A DNA stretch of 64,000 bases from Octopus sinensis. Taxonomy: Eukaryota. The position numbers were made by a program, and so were the translations under genes. The stretch lies in NCBI RefSeq assembly GCF_006345805.1, contig NC_043001.1, forward strand, positions 80,848,001 to 80,912,000. Reading direction: 5' to 3'. The notes beneath the pieces were generated by a model. The model saw only the letters and a list, made by a program, of their open reading frames with translations, made no database searches and was not told the DNA's origin. This document shows positions 25,446-38,447 of the stretch, in pieces. The first letter of the stretch is position 1; the number at the start of each line of letters is the position of its first letter.

Positions 25446-26669
25446 CAGGATGCGTAAGGTATTTGAGGACATACCTCTTTCGGGTTATTGCTGCATTTTT
25501 TGCTAACTCTGCATAATCTTTGTTTTCGTAAATAATAATGGCAGACCCTTGGCTTACTCAAGAAATGAAGAGGCATGCTGTTATTGTGGCTATAAAGGCT
25601 GAGCATAATGATTTAGAAATATCTCAATTTTTAAAAGTTGCCATATCTTTTGTCTTCAAGGTTTGTAAGGTCTCTAGACTGAAGATGGAAATGTATCACC
25701 ACTATCAAAGCATAAAAAGCATTCTAAACACTCTGAAATCATCAGAGAACCTGAATTTATCCAGCAAGTTCAATAGACCACTGATTACTATCCCAGGAAG
25801 TCCATGAGGTCAATTACAAAAAAGATTTCCACGTGTCAGAAGGAACAGTCAGAAATATTGTCTAATAGGATGAGGAAAAGTTAATTAGTCAGGAAAAGCA
25901 AAAGAAAATCATTACACTAGATCTAAAAGGCTCTTAAACAAAGTGAAAAATTCAGCAGAAGACGATTTGATTTGGTTTATCTCAAACGAGAAAAACTTCG
26001 ACTAAGATAACTGTTATGTATAGACCCTTCTGAAGTTCCAAGTGATATGTATATACAATTTCCTGTAACTGTCATGGTTTTAGGGGTTGTCAGCAACAAA
26101 GGACATGTGATGCCTCCTTACTTCTTTCCACAAGGCCACCTTCATTGAAGTTCTGGAAATAATTAATAAGCCATGGATAGACAGTGTATGCAATGCAAGG
26201 CCATATGTGTTTCAGTAAGTCTCTGCACTATCACACATGGCTCTAGTAACACAGGAATGGATAGCTGAGAATTTTCATGATCACATGGCCCCTAACATTT
26301 GGCTTCTGAATTCCCCAGATCTCAATCCAATGGACTATTACACGTGGAGCATTGTTGAGAGAGAGGTCAATGAACACACCCATAACACCAAAGATTCTTA
26401 GAAAGCTTCCATAGTCCAGAGTAATGTCCAAAATGAACCAGGACCACTTGATTCGAGCATGTAGATAATTTAGATCTCATATACAAGCAGTTGTTGAAGC
26501 TGAAGGTGGCTTTATTGAATATCATTATAGAAAAGGTTTATTTTTATCCCCATAGCATTTTTTGATAAATAAAGTTATCATATATCTGTTATTATTAGAT
26601 ATATATATATCTGTTATTATATATGTTTTTATAAATATAAATCTATCCTCAAATATCTTACGCACCCTG
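25446..26669 (+). mobile_element. Full-length degenerate Tc1/mariner transposon, DD37D (maT) family
   Basis: 24-bp TIRs caggatgcgtaaggtatttgagga and (reverse complement) cagggtgcgtaagatatttgagga, 2 mismatches. TA target duplications at 25444-45 and 26670-71. Length 1224 bp. Confidence 0.92.
25538..26522 (+). pseudogene. maT/DD37D transposase pseudogene (stops and frameshifts)
   Basis: MADPWLTQEMKRHAVIVAIK start; SNEKNF (first D region); PVTVMVLGVVSNKGHVMPPYFF; YVFQ*VSALSH...WLLNSPDLNPMDYY, with 37 residues between the mutated second D (V, 26219) and the third D (26333); ends AVVEAEGGFIE. Confidence 0.9.
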
Positions 26670-26671
26670 TA

Positions 26672-27013
26672 AAGTAAAGACCCCCTTTGGTCGTGAGTGA
26701 CCATGGGTTTGCACCTAGAGAGTTACCCTCTGAGGCACAAGTCTGGGCTAGGTTGTTTTATGGAAGACCAGTAGTCGCCCATGCATACCGGCCTCCCCTC
26801 TCCACGCCACCAGTGATATCCAAGGGAAAGTCAAAGGTCAATACAGCTTGGCACCAGTGACGTCACAACTCATTTCTACAGCTGAGTGAACTGGAGCAAC
26901 GTGAAATAAAGTGTCTTGCTCAAGAACACAACACGCAGCCCGGTCCGGGATTCGAGCTCAAAACCTCATGATCGTAAGCTCGACGCTCTAACCACTGAGC
27001 CATGCGCCTTCAC
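26672..27013 (-). mobile_element. SINE family C, well preserved: tRNA-like head, shared central domain, tail type 1
   Basis: Minus strand ggcgcatggctcagtggttagagcgtcgagcttacgatcatgagg...gagctcgaatcccgg (A and B boxes), then gtgttcttgagcaagacactttatttcacgttgctccag. It abuts the right TA of the maT element. Confidence 0.85.
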
Positions 27014-28968
27014 ACGCACTCTGTATATATATGCATATATGGATATGTATACATATATATATGTGTATATATGTGTGTGTATATATATGTATGTATATGT
27101 GTGTATGTATATACGTGTGTGTATATATGTATGTACACACGCTTGATAGCCGATGTTGATGTGTTTACGTTCTTGTAAGATAGTGGTTCTGTAAAAGAGA
27201 ACGATTAAATAAGTACTAGGCTTTCAAAAAATAAGCCCTGGGTTGATTTGTTGACTAATTGTGGTGCTCCAGCATGGCCACAATCAAATGACTGAAAGAA
27301 ATAAAAGAAAAAAGTAAGAAAAGAAAATGTGTGTGTATATGTGTTTGTGTCTGTCTGTCTCTCTCTCTCTCTATATATATATATATAGATGAGAGAGAGA
27401 GTGTGTGTGCATGTCTGTGCTATTAGTGTAGGTGTGAGATTTCTTTGTTTAGTTTTTCCATTCGTGATCTTTAGTCTTTCTGTAGTTTCCACCTTTCAAA
27501 GGCAGTTGGTGTCAAAATGCAAATCATAACAACTATGTTGTTTATTGTGTTTGTTTGTTTGCTTTCTGTCTGTCTGTCTATGTGCTTGTGTATATGAAAC
27601 CCTATATATATATTACATATTCATTATCATCGTCGTCACCAGTTTCACTTCCACTTTCCCATATATATATATGCCTTTCTATCTGTATGTGTGTGTGTGT
27701 GTGTACACTGTGTAGGTGGGCAACACACATATACACCTAAATATAATTTCAATTCATTAAAAATGTTTTGCATATTTCATGGAGTACATCACCACCTATC
27801 TTACTCATATCTGTTCACACATAGACACACACATGCATGTTCTTGGTAGGAAAATATTTCTTGAATTCAAATTTGCTTACTGATTTAGAGAAAGGAAACA
27901 AAAAACTAACAGTTGTCATTAATCATCATCATCATCATTATCATTTAATGTCCAAGTCCCATGCTGGCATGGGTTGGATGATTAGATAGGATCCAACAGG
28001 TCCAATCAGAAAATTCAAACATAAGCTGGAATGTTGCTCATTCCTAGTCAGTTATCATCTAAAAGACCCTTACAATTTCACACCTTTAAAGATAATATTG
28101 TTCACTTTTGGTGGCATCAATAGCAAGAAGCTGAAAGGCAAGCGAACATAAAGGATAATGATGAAAACAAACTAAATAAGGTTGTGTGGTTCTAAAACAA
28201 GACGAAATATATGTATAACAACAGAGAGCAAGAGACAGGGTAGGTTTGCAGCTCATCAGCATATACCATTCATGTAAAACATGCTAGCAAATATTTTGAT
28301 GCCTGAATGAACTAGTGATTTTCAACATGGTTGTGTGTTTATGTTTGCATGTGTATAATTCTTCCAAAGTATTTGGAACAGGCCTGGAGATGCTTTCATG
28401 TCCTGATGTACTGCTTCCTACTGCAGTAATCTTTAAGTTTTAGTTTCTTCCTGTGTTTTTCTTGACCAGTTTTGAATGATGTGTAAAAGTAGGTGATTAC
28501 TGTTCTTCTTGCAATAAAGCCCCACCCTAAAAGGAAGGTCATTTGGGAAAATAGTCATAAAATTAAAGCATAGTTAAATCCTATAAAGTTAAAAAAGAAG
28601 GAAGAAATCAGGTATCATCATCATCAAGTAATGTCCATATTTTTATGTGTGCATGGCTGTTGGAATTAGCTGAGGCAGATTTTCTATAGCCAGGTACTCT
28701 TTCTGTCACCACTCCTGACGTGTTTCTAAGCAAGATAATATTCTCCAGTAGCTTGTCATGACAAGGGTACACACACACACAAATATATGCATAATGGGCT
28801 GCTTTCTGTTTCTGTCTACCAAATCCACTTTTAAAGGCCTTTTGTTGGTCCTGGAATGTAGTAGAAGTCACATGGCCAAGGTACCATGCAGTGAAACTGA
28901 ACCTGAGGCCACATGATTGGGAAGCCAGATCCTTAACTGCATACCCATGCTTGTGCATACACACACAT

Positions 28969-29051
<83 letters not shown>

Positions 29052-29397
29052 GATATATGTATGTCTGTATGTATGAAATGTTTTTTTTTGTAGGAACAGA
29101 GAAATAAATTAAGCAATATTCATACTTTGTCATAAAAAAAACAAGCATCAGCAGATGGCTGCAATGTGTGGGTGTGGCTGCAGATTTTACACATCCTTGT
29201 ACAGATATGTAGAATGAACATAAAACAGAACAAAGTTTCTTTTCTGTATCTAGACAACACTGATTAACAATGTGGAAACACACCTATGGTTTAATCCTAA
29301 GGAAAATAAAGTTAAATTACTATTAGATATACATCATAATTTTCATGTTTGCCTTTTCATGCATGTATAGATTATACACATATCTGAATGTCCATGC

Positions 29398-29429
<32 letters not shown>

Positions 29430-29705
29430 AGCTACAAGGAAAAAGGGATTAAAATCCTGGCAGATATCAATAAAGCACTCAGTATCAAAAGAATTTGTTT
29501 ACCAATGTTCAACAATTAGACACCAGTAAATGTAAGTACAATACAGATCCCAGGTAAATACATACATACATATATACTATATCCATCATCATCATTTAAC
29601 ATCTACTTTCCCCTGATTGCAAAAGTCAAGTAGAATTTAGTGAGGTCGATTTTCTACAGTTGGATGTCCTTCTTGACACCAAACACTAACTCTTTTCAGG
29701 CAAGG

Positions 29706-29740
<35 letters not shown>

Positions 29741-29775
29741 TTCTCACCCCACCACACACACACACATATGATTCA

Positions 29776-29865
29776 TGACAGAAACTTCAGTTTCAGCCAG
29801 CTAAACCATTTCCAGACTGCAGTCTGATGATGGCTTAGCTAGCTGAAACTTTGAAGTCACTGTCA
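29776..29865. repeat. ~90-bp imperfect palindrome: two head-to-head copies of the HHR-bearing repeat
   Basis: Perfect centre cagactg|cagtctg. Arms tgacagaaacttcagtttcagccagctaaacc and ggcttagctagctgaaactttgaagtcactgtca. The minus-strand twin has a decayed core (CTGGAAA, GUU). Confidence 0.85.
29820..29862 (+). ncRNA. Type I hammerhead ribozyme motif with intact core and GUC cleavage triplet (predicted cut after 29858)
   Basis: Stem I CAGT(29820-23)/ACTG(29859-62); core CTGATGA 29824-30; one extra T; stem II GGCT-tagct-AGCT; GAAA 29845-48; stem III ACT-ttga-AGT; C17 = 29858. Activity is untested. Confidence 0.7.
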
Positions 29866-30869
29866 ACAACTTTCATGTATTAGAATAATAAATTTGTACT
29901 CTGTAAAAGTATATTATAACTGAACATAAAAACAAACATTAATGTGTGTGTGTATAGAAAGAGGGAGAGAGAGAGGTGTATGTGTGTGTGTTTTAAGGCT
30001 TCTTTCAGTTTCTGCCTACCAAATCTACTCACAAAGCTTTGGTCAAATCAGGGCTATAGTAGATGACAACAAATTCTGTCTGACACATACAAGCATGAAA
30101 AAGTGGGCATTAAGTGATGATAACGATGATAGATTCATATATTCTGTGCAATATAATTTCTACCTACATCTACCCCTTTACACCATGACTGTCACCATAG
30201 TCTTAAGTATGTTACTGTCTTTGTGATTTAATAACACAAGTAAATTAGCTGCCATTAAATCAGTCTAGTATTATTAGCACCATTCCTTATTTTTCACGTC
30301 TTGCATGTGTGTTTGTTTGTTCTATTGGATTTTCATATTTTGTTTGTCTTTTATGCTAGCATGGGTTAGATGTACATGTTAAGGCATTGTTTTACAGATG
30401 GATGCCCTTCCTGACATTAACCCTATCCTTCATTCGCTTGGCTTTGAAGGCACAAAGCGTGTAAGTGATTTATTAGTGAAAGTGCTAACAGCAGCACTAC
30501 CTTAATGTTAGAACTTTTGAATAAAACAAATGCAGGTGCAAATTCATAGACACACATATTGTGTGTATGTGTGTATGTATATATATATATATATATATAT
30601 AGTCATACTGAGATTATTCAAATCTCTTATAGGGATATTTTATCCAAATATAATATATATATATATATATTGAGAAAAAGGAGCCAGTAAGAATTTTAGA
30701 TAATTCTTTATTAGCGCTTTCATTCGTTGTTTAACTGAACTATTCAAGAAAAGACATAAAAGCAAAAATTTTTCTTGAGTTCAGTTAAACGAACAAAAGC
30801 ACTAATAAAGAATCATCCAGATTTCTGAGTGCCTGCTTTTTCTCAATATACACCACTGCAAACACTCTA

Positions 30870-30889
30870 TACATACATACATACATACA

Positions 30890-30921
<32 letters not shown>

Positions 30922-31079
30922 CATGCATATATATATATATAATATATATATATATATATACACATACATGCATATATATATATATATATACACATACATG
31001 CATATATATATATATATACACACATACATATATATACACACACATACATATATACACACACACATATATATACACATAC

Positions 31080-31118
<39 letters not shown>

Positions 31119-31123
31119 CATAC

Positions 31124-31166
<43 letters not shown>

Positions 31167-31200
31167 AAGATATATATATATATACATACACACACACACA
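30870..31200. repeat. Compound (ATAC)/(TA)/(CA) microsatellite
   Basis: Direct inspection. Confidence 0.9.
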
Positions 31201-31587
31201 TACATTAAACTTCTTTTCAGTTTCTTTATACAAAATCTATTCACGTGGATTTGGTTGGCCTGGGGCTATAGTAGAAAGCACTTGTCAAAGATGCTGACAA
31301 TTTGTGTGATTGAACCTGAAGCCATATATGACTGAGACTGCATACGATTTGTTCTGCTTGAGAAGACCCATCAGGCTAAGTGAAATCATAGTCATGACCA
31401 GTGCCGGTGACGAATAAAAGGCACACATGTTGGTGATGTAAAAATCACCCAGTGCACTTTATGGTTGGTGTCAGGAAGGGCATCCAGCAATAGAAACCAA
31501 GCGAAAACGATGACTGGAGCCTGGTGCAGCTCTTCAGCTTAGCAACTCCAGTCAACATGGAAAACAGCCATTAAATGATGACGATGA

Positions 31588-31624
<37 letters not shown>

Positions 31625-32039
31625 TGGGTGTGGTGTGTAGTTGTGTGTGTGGTGTGTGTGTGTAAGGTAATCATACAACTGAGTGTCTGTTGAATTCTTT
31701 AAAATTCTTTGAAAATTCTCATCACTGTCTCCACCCATTTACACCCATTACACATCTCCACTCATCTTTTCGCCTCAACACCCCCTCCTTCTATTATTCC
31801 AACTATCACTTTCTCTCTCCTCTCTCTGCTATTCTTATATTTTCTTCATGTTCTAGTACAACATTATTCAGTTGTTCTATGTTGTGTAGCAGCATTATGT
31901 GGAAGTATTGCTATGTTCCATATTGTTGTGTGGTAGTGTGACATACAGTTGTGTTAGATGTGTTGTGTGGCAGTTGTGTAATATGGGTGAGTGTTAGTGT
32001 TTGATACTGTTGTGGGTGGTGTTGTGTGGCAGTATGGTT

Positions 32040-32480
32040 TTGTGGTTGCTTTGTGAAGCAGTATAGTTTTGTGAGGCAGTATAGTTTTGTGGTGATGTTG
32101 TGAGGCAGTATAGTTTTATGGTGGTGTTGTGAGGCAGTATAGCTTTGTCATGGTGTTTGAGGTAGTATAGTTTTGTGGTGGTGTTGTGAAGCAGTACAGT
32201 TTTGTGGTGGTGTTGTGAGGCAGTATAGTTTTGTGGTGATGTTGTGAGGTAGTATAGTTTTGTGGTGATGTTGTGAGGCAGTATAGTTTTGTGGTGATGT
32301 TGTGAGGCAGTATAGTTTTGTGGTGGTGTTGTGAGGCAGTATAGCTTTGTCGTGGTGTTTGAGGCAGTATAGTTTTGTGGTGGTGTTGTGAAGCAGTACA
32401 GTTTGTAGTGGTGTTGTTAGGCAGTATCAGTTTTGTGGTGATGTTGAGGCAGTATAGTTTTGTGAGGCAGTATAGTTGTG
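32040..32480. repeat. 29-bp minisatellite, about 15 units
   Basis: Unit gtggtgatgttgtgaggcagtatagtttt, with degenerate GT-rich flanks. Confidence 0.9.
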
Positions 32481-33339
32481 TGGCTGATTTGTTATGTGTT
32501 ACTGTGGCATATTCCTGCATGACACTGTTGTGTGGCAGTGTTGCATATTGTTGTATAGCAGTATTGTTTGATAGTGCCGTGTAGCAATATCATTATCTGA
32601 CAATATTATTGTGGTAATGTAGCTTATAGCTGTGTAGAAGTGTTGTGTGGCAGTGTAGGATAATATGTGGTTGTGTGGTAGTGGAAGTCTGATGAGTTAG
32701 CCTTGCTTTGTGCCTTCTATTGATCAAGTTAGTTTGGCCTGCCTTATCTCCCTTGTTTATTTCACCTCTCTGTAACAGCTCATGCATTCTGACTGTTGGC
32801 TGGCTTTTGAGCACCCCACCCCCGCCTCTTACTTCCCCCTCCACACAGAAACACACGTGAGAGGTAGCAAGTTGTTGGAGGAAAGAGAGTTGATGTATGT
32901 GTGTTTGTCAGGAGAGATTGTTGGATGTAAGATCACTCAAGTACCCACTATCCATTCACCTCTCAATACTACAACTACCACCACCACCACCACCACTACC
33001 ACTACTACTACTTCTACCACTAAACTGCTGCACTCTGCTCCACTGTCCACACACTCATACACCAATATACAACGTCTACCACCAACATTTTACCTCTTGT
33101 TAGGCAATATTCCTTTGAAACTACCCTACCTTTCTGTATTAGTCACCTTTGCCAAAACACACAAGGCAAGGCGAGCCAGCTACCTACTCTCCAAAATGAG
33201 ACAGAAAACATAAATATGCAGAATAAAAACATAAGAGAAAAATCATCATCATCATCATTATGCTTATCCTTATTGTTAGTATTAATGTTATATATTAACA
33301 GAGTGGGAAAATGATGGCTTTGAAATTATTAGATGATCA

Positions 33340-33377
<38 letters not shown>

Positions 33378-34011
33378 GTATTAGTAGTAGTAGTAGTAGT
33401 AATGTTTTATTTTATTTCTATTTATTGATTCACTTGTTTATGTGCGTTTTTTATTGAAATTCCTCTTCTCTTCCTAATTGGTTCCTTTCTAGGAGGGATA
33501 TCCTTCTTGCATGTGCATGTGTGTATAAGCGTGTTTGTATATGTATCAATTGTGTATATTTCTATTCGTATGTGTGTATGTATGTATAATTGTGTATATC
33601 TGTATGCATGCATGCGTGTATGTATTTGTGAGTCTATTTATGTATGTATGTGTTTCACCTATGTCCTTGATGAAAATCCCCCTAACTTCAAATGTTGTCT
33701 TGAATAAGTAAATACATGGGAAAATATCCAAGCAAGTCAGGAATGAATGAATGGATACACACACACATAAATAAACACATGTGCACACACATTACCCTTA
33801 CACACACATATGTATGCATGTATGTATATATATGCATGTGTGTGTATACATACACACTTAGACATTCACCTTTTACCTGTTCTAGCCAGAGGCATGCGGA
33901 TATGAGTGTGTGTGTTATGTTGCATGTATGTATAAGTGTGTGAATATGTATGTTTGTGTGTGTATGTGTATATATATATATATATTTTACATCGTTTTAT
34001 ACATTATATTA

Positions 34012-34058
<47 letters not shown>

Positions 34059-34899
34059 ATGTGTGTGTGTGTGTGTGTACATAGGCAAAGAAAGAAGTTG
34101 TAGAAAAGGAAGCAAATCAGTAAGGATTGCAAAGAATGAAACACACACACATACACACACAAATAAACAGAGAGAGAGAGAGGGAGAGAGAAACAAATGC
34201 TTCACACTTGACTGTATTTTTTTTACCTGTCCTACAACATCATCAGAATTAGGCCTTTGTACCTCATGAGTGTGAGTTGAGTCACTGTTTCCCACCAGTC
34301 ACTGAAGATGTGCTTTAAATAAACTGACTTGCTTGTCTTTCATTGTGTATATAGCACGTGCATACACACACACATACACTCATGACTAACTATATACACT
34401 TGCACATACATAAATACCCATCCACTCATATACAGGTTTATTTGCTTATGACTGACTCTATCAAAAGTATACACATATTCATAGTTGCATATGCTCACAT
34501 ACATACACAGTTACACACATACAAGCACTTCCTCTTTCTCACATACAAACACACTTAGGCATATGCTCACTTACATAGACATGCACATACACATTTTCTG
34601 TCTTCCCCACAAACTTTCACTTTCTCACGTATACACATACACACATGCACTCAGCTGTTTTATTCAAAAATACATATGCAATGTGTGACCTTGTGTGTAC
34701 CGTTGGCGATTTTTTTCCTCTGTCTTCCCTTTTCTGGATCTTTCCTTCTATGTTTCCGACGAAGAGCTCTGTTCAAAATGTTAAACCCTCCTTCTTTCCT
34801 GAGCGTCCAATAATACTATATTTGTTCCACGTCCTTGCATTGTTGTGTTTTTTTGTGCTTTCTTGTTTGGATTAACTTTATAATATATATATGCTGTGC

Positions 34900-35155
34900 A
34901 GGTGGCACAAAAAAGGCACCATTTGAGAGTGGCTGCTGCCAGTACCACCTGACTGGCCCTCATGCTGGTGGCATGTAAAAGTACCCACTACACTTTCGGG
35001 GTGGTTGGCGTTAGGAAGGGCATCCAGCTGTAGAAACTCTACCAGATCAGATTGGAGTCTGGTGCAACCATCTGGTTTGCCAGACCTCAGTCAAATCGTC
35101 CAACCCATGCTAAGCATGGAAAGCGGACATTAAACGATGATGATGATGATGATGC
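34900..35155 (+). mobile_element. Retroposon family E ((GAT)n tail), well-preserved copy
   Basis: aagtacccactacactttcggggtggttggcgttaggaagggcatccagctgtagaaac...catggaaagcggacattaaacgatgatgatg. About 15 homologs, e.g. 1995-2200(-), 6575-7220(-), 25240-25380(+), 31340-31590(+), 37250-37470(+), 48280-48640(+), 50150-50480(-). Confidence 0.8.
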
Positions 35156-35926
35156 ATTCATGTGCTGTACAACATATACAACTTTGTTTAAAAGATGTGT
35201 CAGTTTATTCTGTGCATATTTAAAGTGATTAACTTAAGAATTTATGTTGTTTCCCTATTACCATTCTAGACATCTGCAAAATATGTAGTCCATGATATAC
35301 GTCTCCTGTAATTATTTTAGTTTTCTACTTAATTTATCTTGATATCTATTTGGTGAACCACTATGTTACAGGATTTGAAGAGATATAATGTAAACAACAC
35401 TGACCAAAGACTTGAGTGAATTTGGTAAACAGAAACTGAAATAGGTTGCCCTCTCCTCACTTTGAGTGTGTGTACATACACATACATGTCTGTGTATGTG
35501 TCTTTTTGTTGGTTTGTTTATTTCCTTCTTGCTTAGCAGTTCAGTAAAAGAGATTATATGCACCATACTTTAAAAATAAGTACTAGGGTCAAATTGTTTG
35601 ATTAAGCCCTTTGTAGCTGTACCACAGTATAATTGTAATACAATGATTGAAACTAGTAAAGCTGTAGTCATGTATGTATATGTATGTGTGTGTGTGTGTA
35701 TTTCCTTGCCTTGACATTTGCATGATAGTTTGTAAATGAGTCTCACTGTCATACAAGCAAGCAGTGTCATTCATTTCCAATATCCTGCTAAAATATGTGT
35801 GGGCATGTGAAAAATATTGCCTTGTTTTAAAACAGGTAAAGGTTGGTGACAGGAAGGGCAACTGTCTGTTGAAAACAGCCAGATGTTGTAAATCGTATTT
35901 ATATGTATAAAAATACAATTTACAAA

Positions 35927-35970
<44 letters not shown>

Positions 35971-35972
<2 letters not shown>

Positions 35973-36147
35973 CGCAGGAGTGGCTGTGTCGTAAGTAGCT
36001 TGCTAACCAACCACATGGTTGCGAGTTCAGTTCCACTGCGTGGCATCTTGGGCAAGTGTCTTCTGCTATAGCCCCAGGCTGACCAATGCCTTGTGAGTGG
36101 ATTTGGTAGACGGAAACTGAAAGAAGCCTGTCATATATATATATATG

Positions 36148-36185
<38 letters not shown>

Positions 36186-36384
36186 TGTGTCTGTCCCCCT
36201 AGCATTGCTTGACAACCGATGCTGGTGTGTTTACGTCCCCTGTCTCTTAGATTCGGCAAAAGAGACCGATAGAATAAGTACTGGGCTTACAAAGAATAAG
36301 TCCCGGGGGCGATTTGCTCGACTAAAGACAGTGCTTCAGCTTGGCCGCAGTCAAATGACTGAAACAAGTAAAAGAGTAAAGAGT
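35971..36384 (+). mobile_element. SINE family A (tRNA-like head, internal TA/TG tract, AAGAGT tail); best-preserved copy
   Basis: ggcgcaggagtggctgtgtcgtaagtagc...gagttcagttccactgcgtggcatcttgggcaagtg...cagtcaaatgactgaaacaagtaaaagagtaaagagt. CpGs are retained. About 30 whole or partial homologs occur in the window. Confidence 0.85.
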
Positions 36385-38062
36385 ATATATATAACATTCC
36401 CTTTCCATGTCTTGGGCTACATGGTTTGACAGGATCCAGTGAACCACAGAGCTTATATTGTGCTACTTGTCAGCTCTGTCAGCGTTTCTATGGTTGGATA
36501 CCCTTCCTAACACTAAAGTGCATAGAGGGTGCTATTATTCTTCATGCTGCCAGCATGAAATAACTGCATGTAAATATTATTTATAGCTTTATCTACTGTT
36601 AAAAATAAATTGGTTCACTTTCTCTCAGTTTCTAAAGTCATCATTTGTGAGTGCATGTTGTGTCTCATTGTCTTGGTATCAACATGATAGTTGTAAAGGA
36701 GTGTCACTGTCACACAAGAATGCTGTTCATTTCCAATTTTCTGCAAAAGGGGACATATTAACTTGTTTGGAAACTGGTGAGGATTGGCCACAAGAAAGGT
36801 ATCTAGTTGTAGCTCTCATGAAAGCATGCCAAAGTGGACATTAAAATGATGATCATGATATTGTTCATTTTAATGTCCATTTTCCCATGCTTGTATAGGT
36901 TATGTATGTATGTATGAATGTATGTATATGTTCATGTGTGTGTGCATATCGATATATGTATATGTCTGTGTAGTAAGAAGTTTGGTTCCGGGTTCAGTCC
37001 CACTGCATGGCACCTTGGGAAAGTGTCTCCTACTATAGCCTTGGGCATCATATATATATATGTGTGTGTGTGTGTCTGTGTGTCAGTGTTTGTCTCCCAC
37101 CCCCATGCCATTGCTTGACAGCCAATGCTGGTGTGCTTTTGTGTCCATAACTTAGCAATTTGGCAAAAGAGACCAATAGCATAAGTACAAGGCTTATATA
37201 CACACTCACATAGCTAAATAAAATCATATGTCTCTGCATACAGGTATGTCCTCTGTATCTCTCTTCCTAATCTTGTTGGCTCATGGGTACTGGTGCCATG
37301 TGAAAAGCACCCAGTACACTTTGTCAAGTGGTTGGCATTAGGAATGGCATCAAGCTGTAGAACCCATGCCAAAACAGACATGGAACCCATGCAGCTCATC
37401 AGCTGACCAGCTCCTATCAAACTACTCATCTCATGCCAGCATGGAAAATGAATGTTAAATGATGGTGATGGTGATGCTATATATGAGAGATAGAGACAGC
37501 TTTTTATCATAAAAGTTAGAAAGGTATACAAATAAATTTTTCAATTAGTGATCTATATCAAGAATATTTGAAAAAAAAAAGTTGAAAATTGAGGTAACAA
37601 ACATCGTAAACATTGTTTTAAAAAAGATAAAATCTAAAACAAACAATGTCATTAAAAATTGTGCTTCGAAATACTCCATTTAGGCACCGAACAAAGCACT
37701 GCTTTAAATTATTTAATAGTTTGCACTTCAAAGCAATCCATAATGTTCTGTGTTTGTTCACCATTTATGTTATGTTTATATTCAATTACGTTTTATATTC
37801 ACAGTTTATGATTTTATTTGGTTATATTTTCTTTATGTTCACTGTTATGTTTATATACATCAACATACACCTGTGTTTTGATGTGTATGTATGTGTATGC
37901 ACACACACAATTTGAGTACCAAATGTGTGGTTGTGTTGTTTGTTTGTAGGTATTTCACTGCTTTTGTTAATATTTTAGCATATGAATACAGTGTCACACT
38001 ATATAAACATACATACACTTCATTCATATTGTTAGAAGGATCATCATCATCATTACCAACAC

Positions 38063-38103
<41 letters not shown>

Positions 38104-38447
38104 CCACTAGCATTTATTTTTTGGTTTCAAAACTTTCTCATATCATTATTTCTGTAGCTGTTATCTCTTGAATAAAAATTAAGTGAAAACTGTAATGTTT
38201 GATATATATGTTAAAAGTAAACCCCAACTCACAATAAACAATGTGCCCACCCCATCACAGAAAAATGCAACAAAACATAGTAATGATGTACTAATTGATA
38301 CTGCATGTGTGCTCTTCCATAAAGCCCAATAAAACAGCTTCAATGAAGTCACAAGAATTGCTTGAAATAGCAGCTAAATTCACCTCAAAGCACACTACCT
38401 GTTATGAAAACAGGAAAGACACTGAAAACAAAATCTTTGGTTCACAC

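Noticed and set aside
28240-28510. Minus-strand fragments resembling a Penelope GIY-YIG domain (KQYI..T, NH.SSFRH)
   Set aside because: The match needs frameshifts and is too short to support by eye; tBLASTx or HMMER against PLE endonucleases would decide.
30785-31297. YI/CV-repeat ORFs (likewise near 4824, 28608, 44214, 59765, 61021)
   Set aside because: Dinucleotide-repeat artefacts.
32040-32480. CRISPR-like periodicity (29-bp units; also the 40-bp units at 20761)
   Set aside because: Units are head-to-tail with no unique spacers, there are no cas genes, and the context is a eukaryotic intron.
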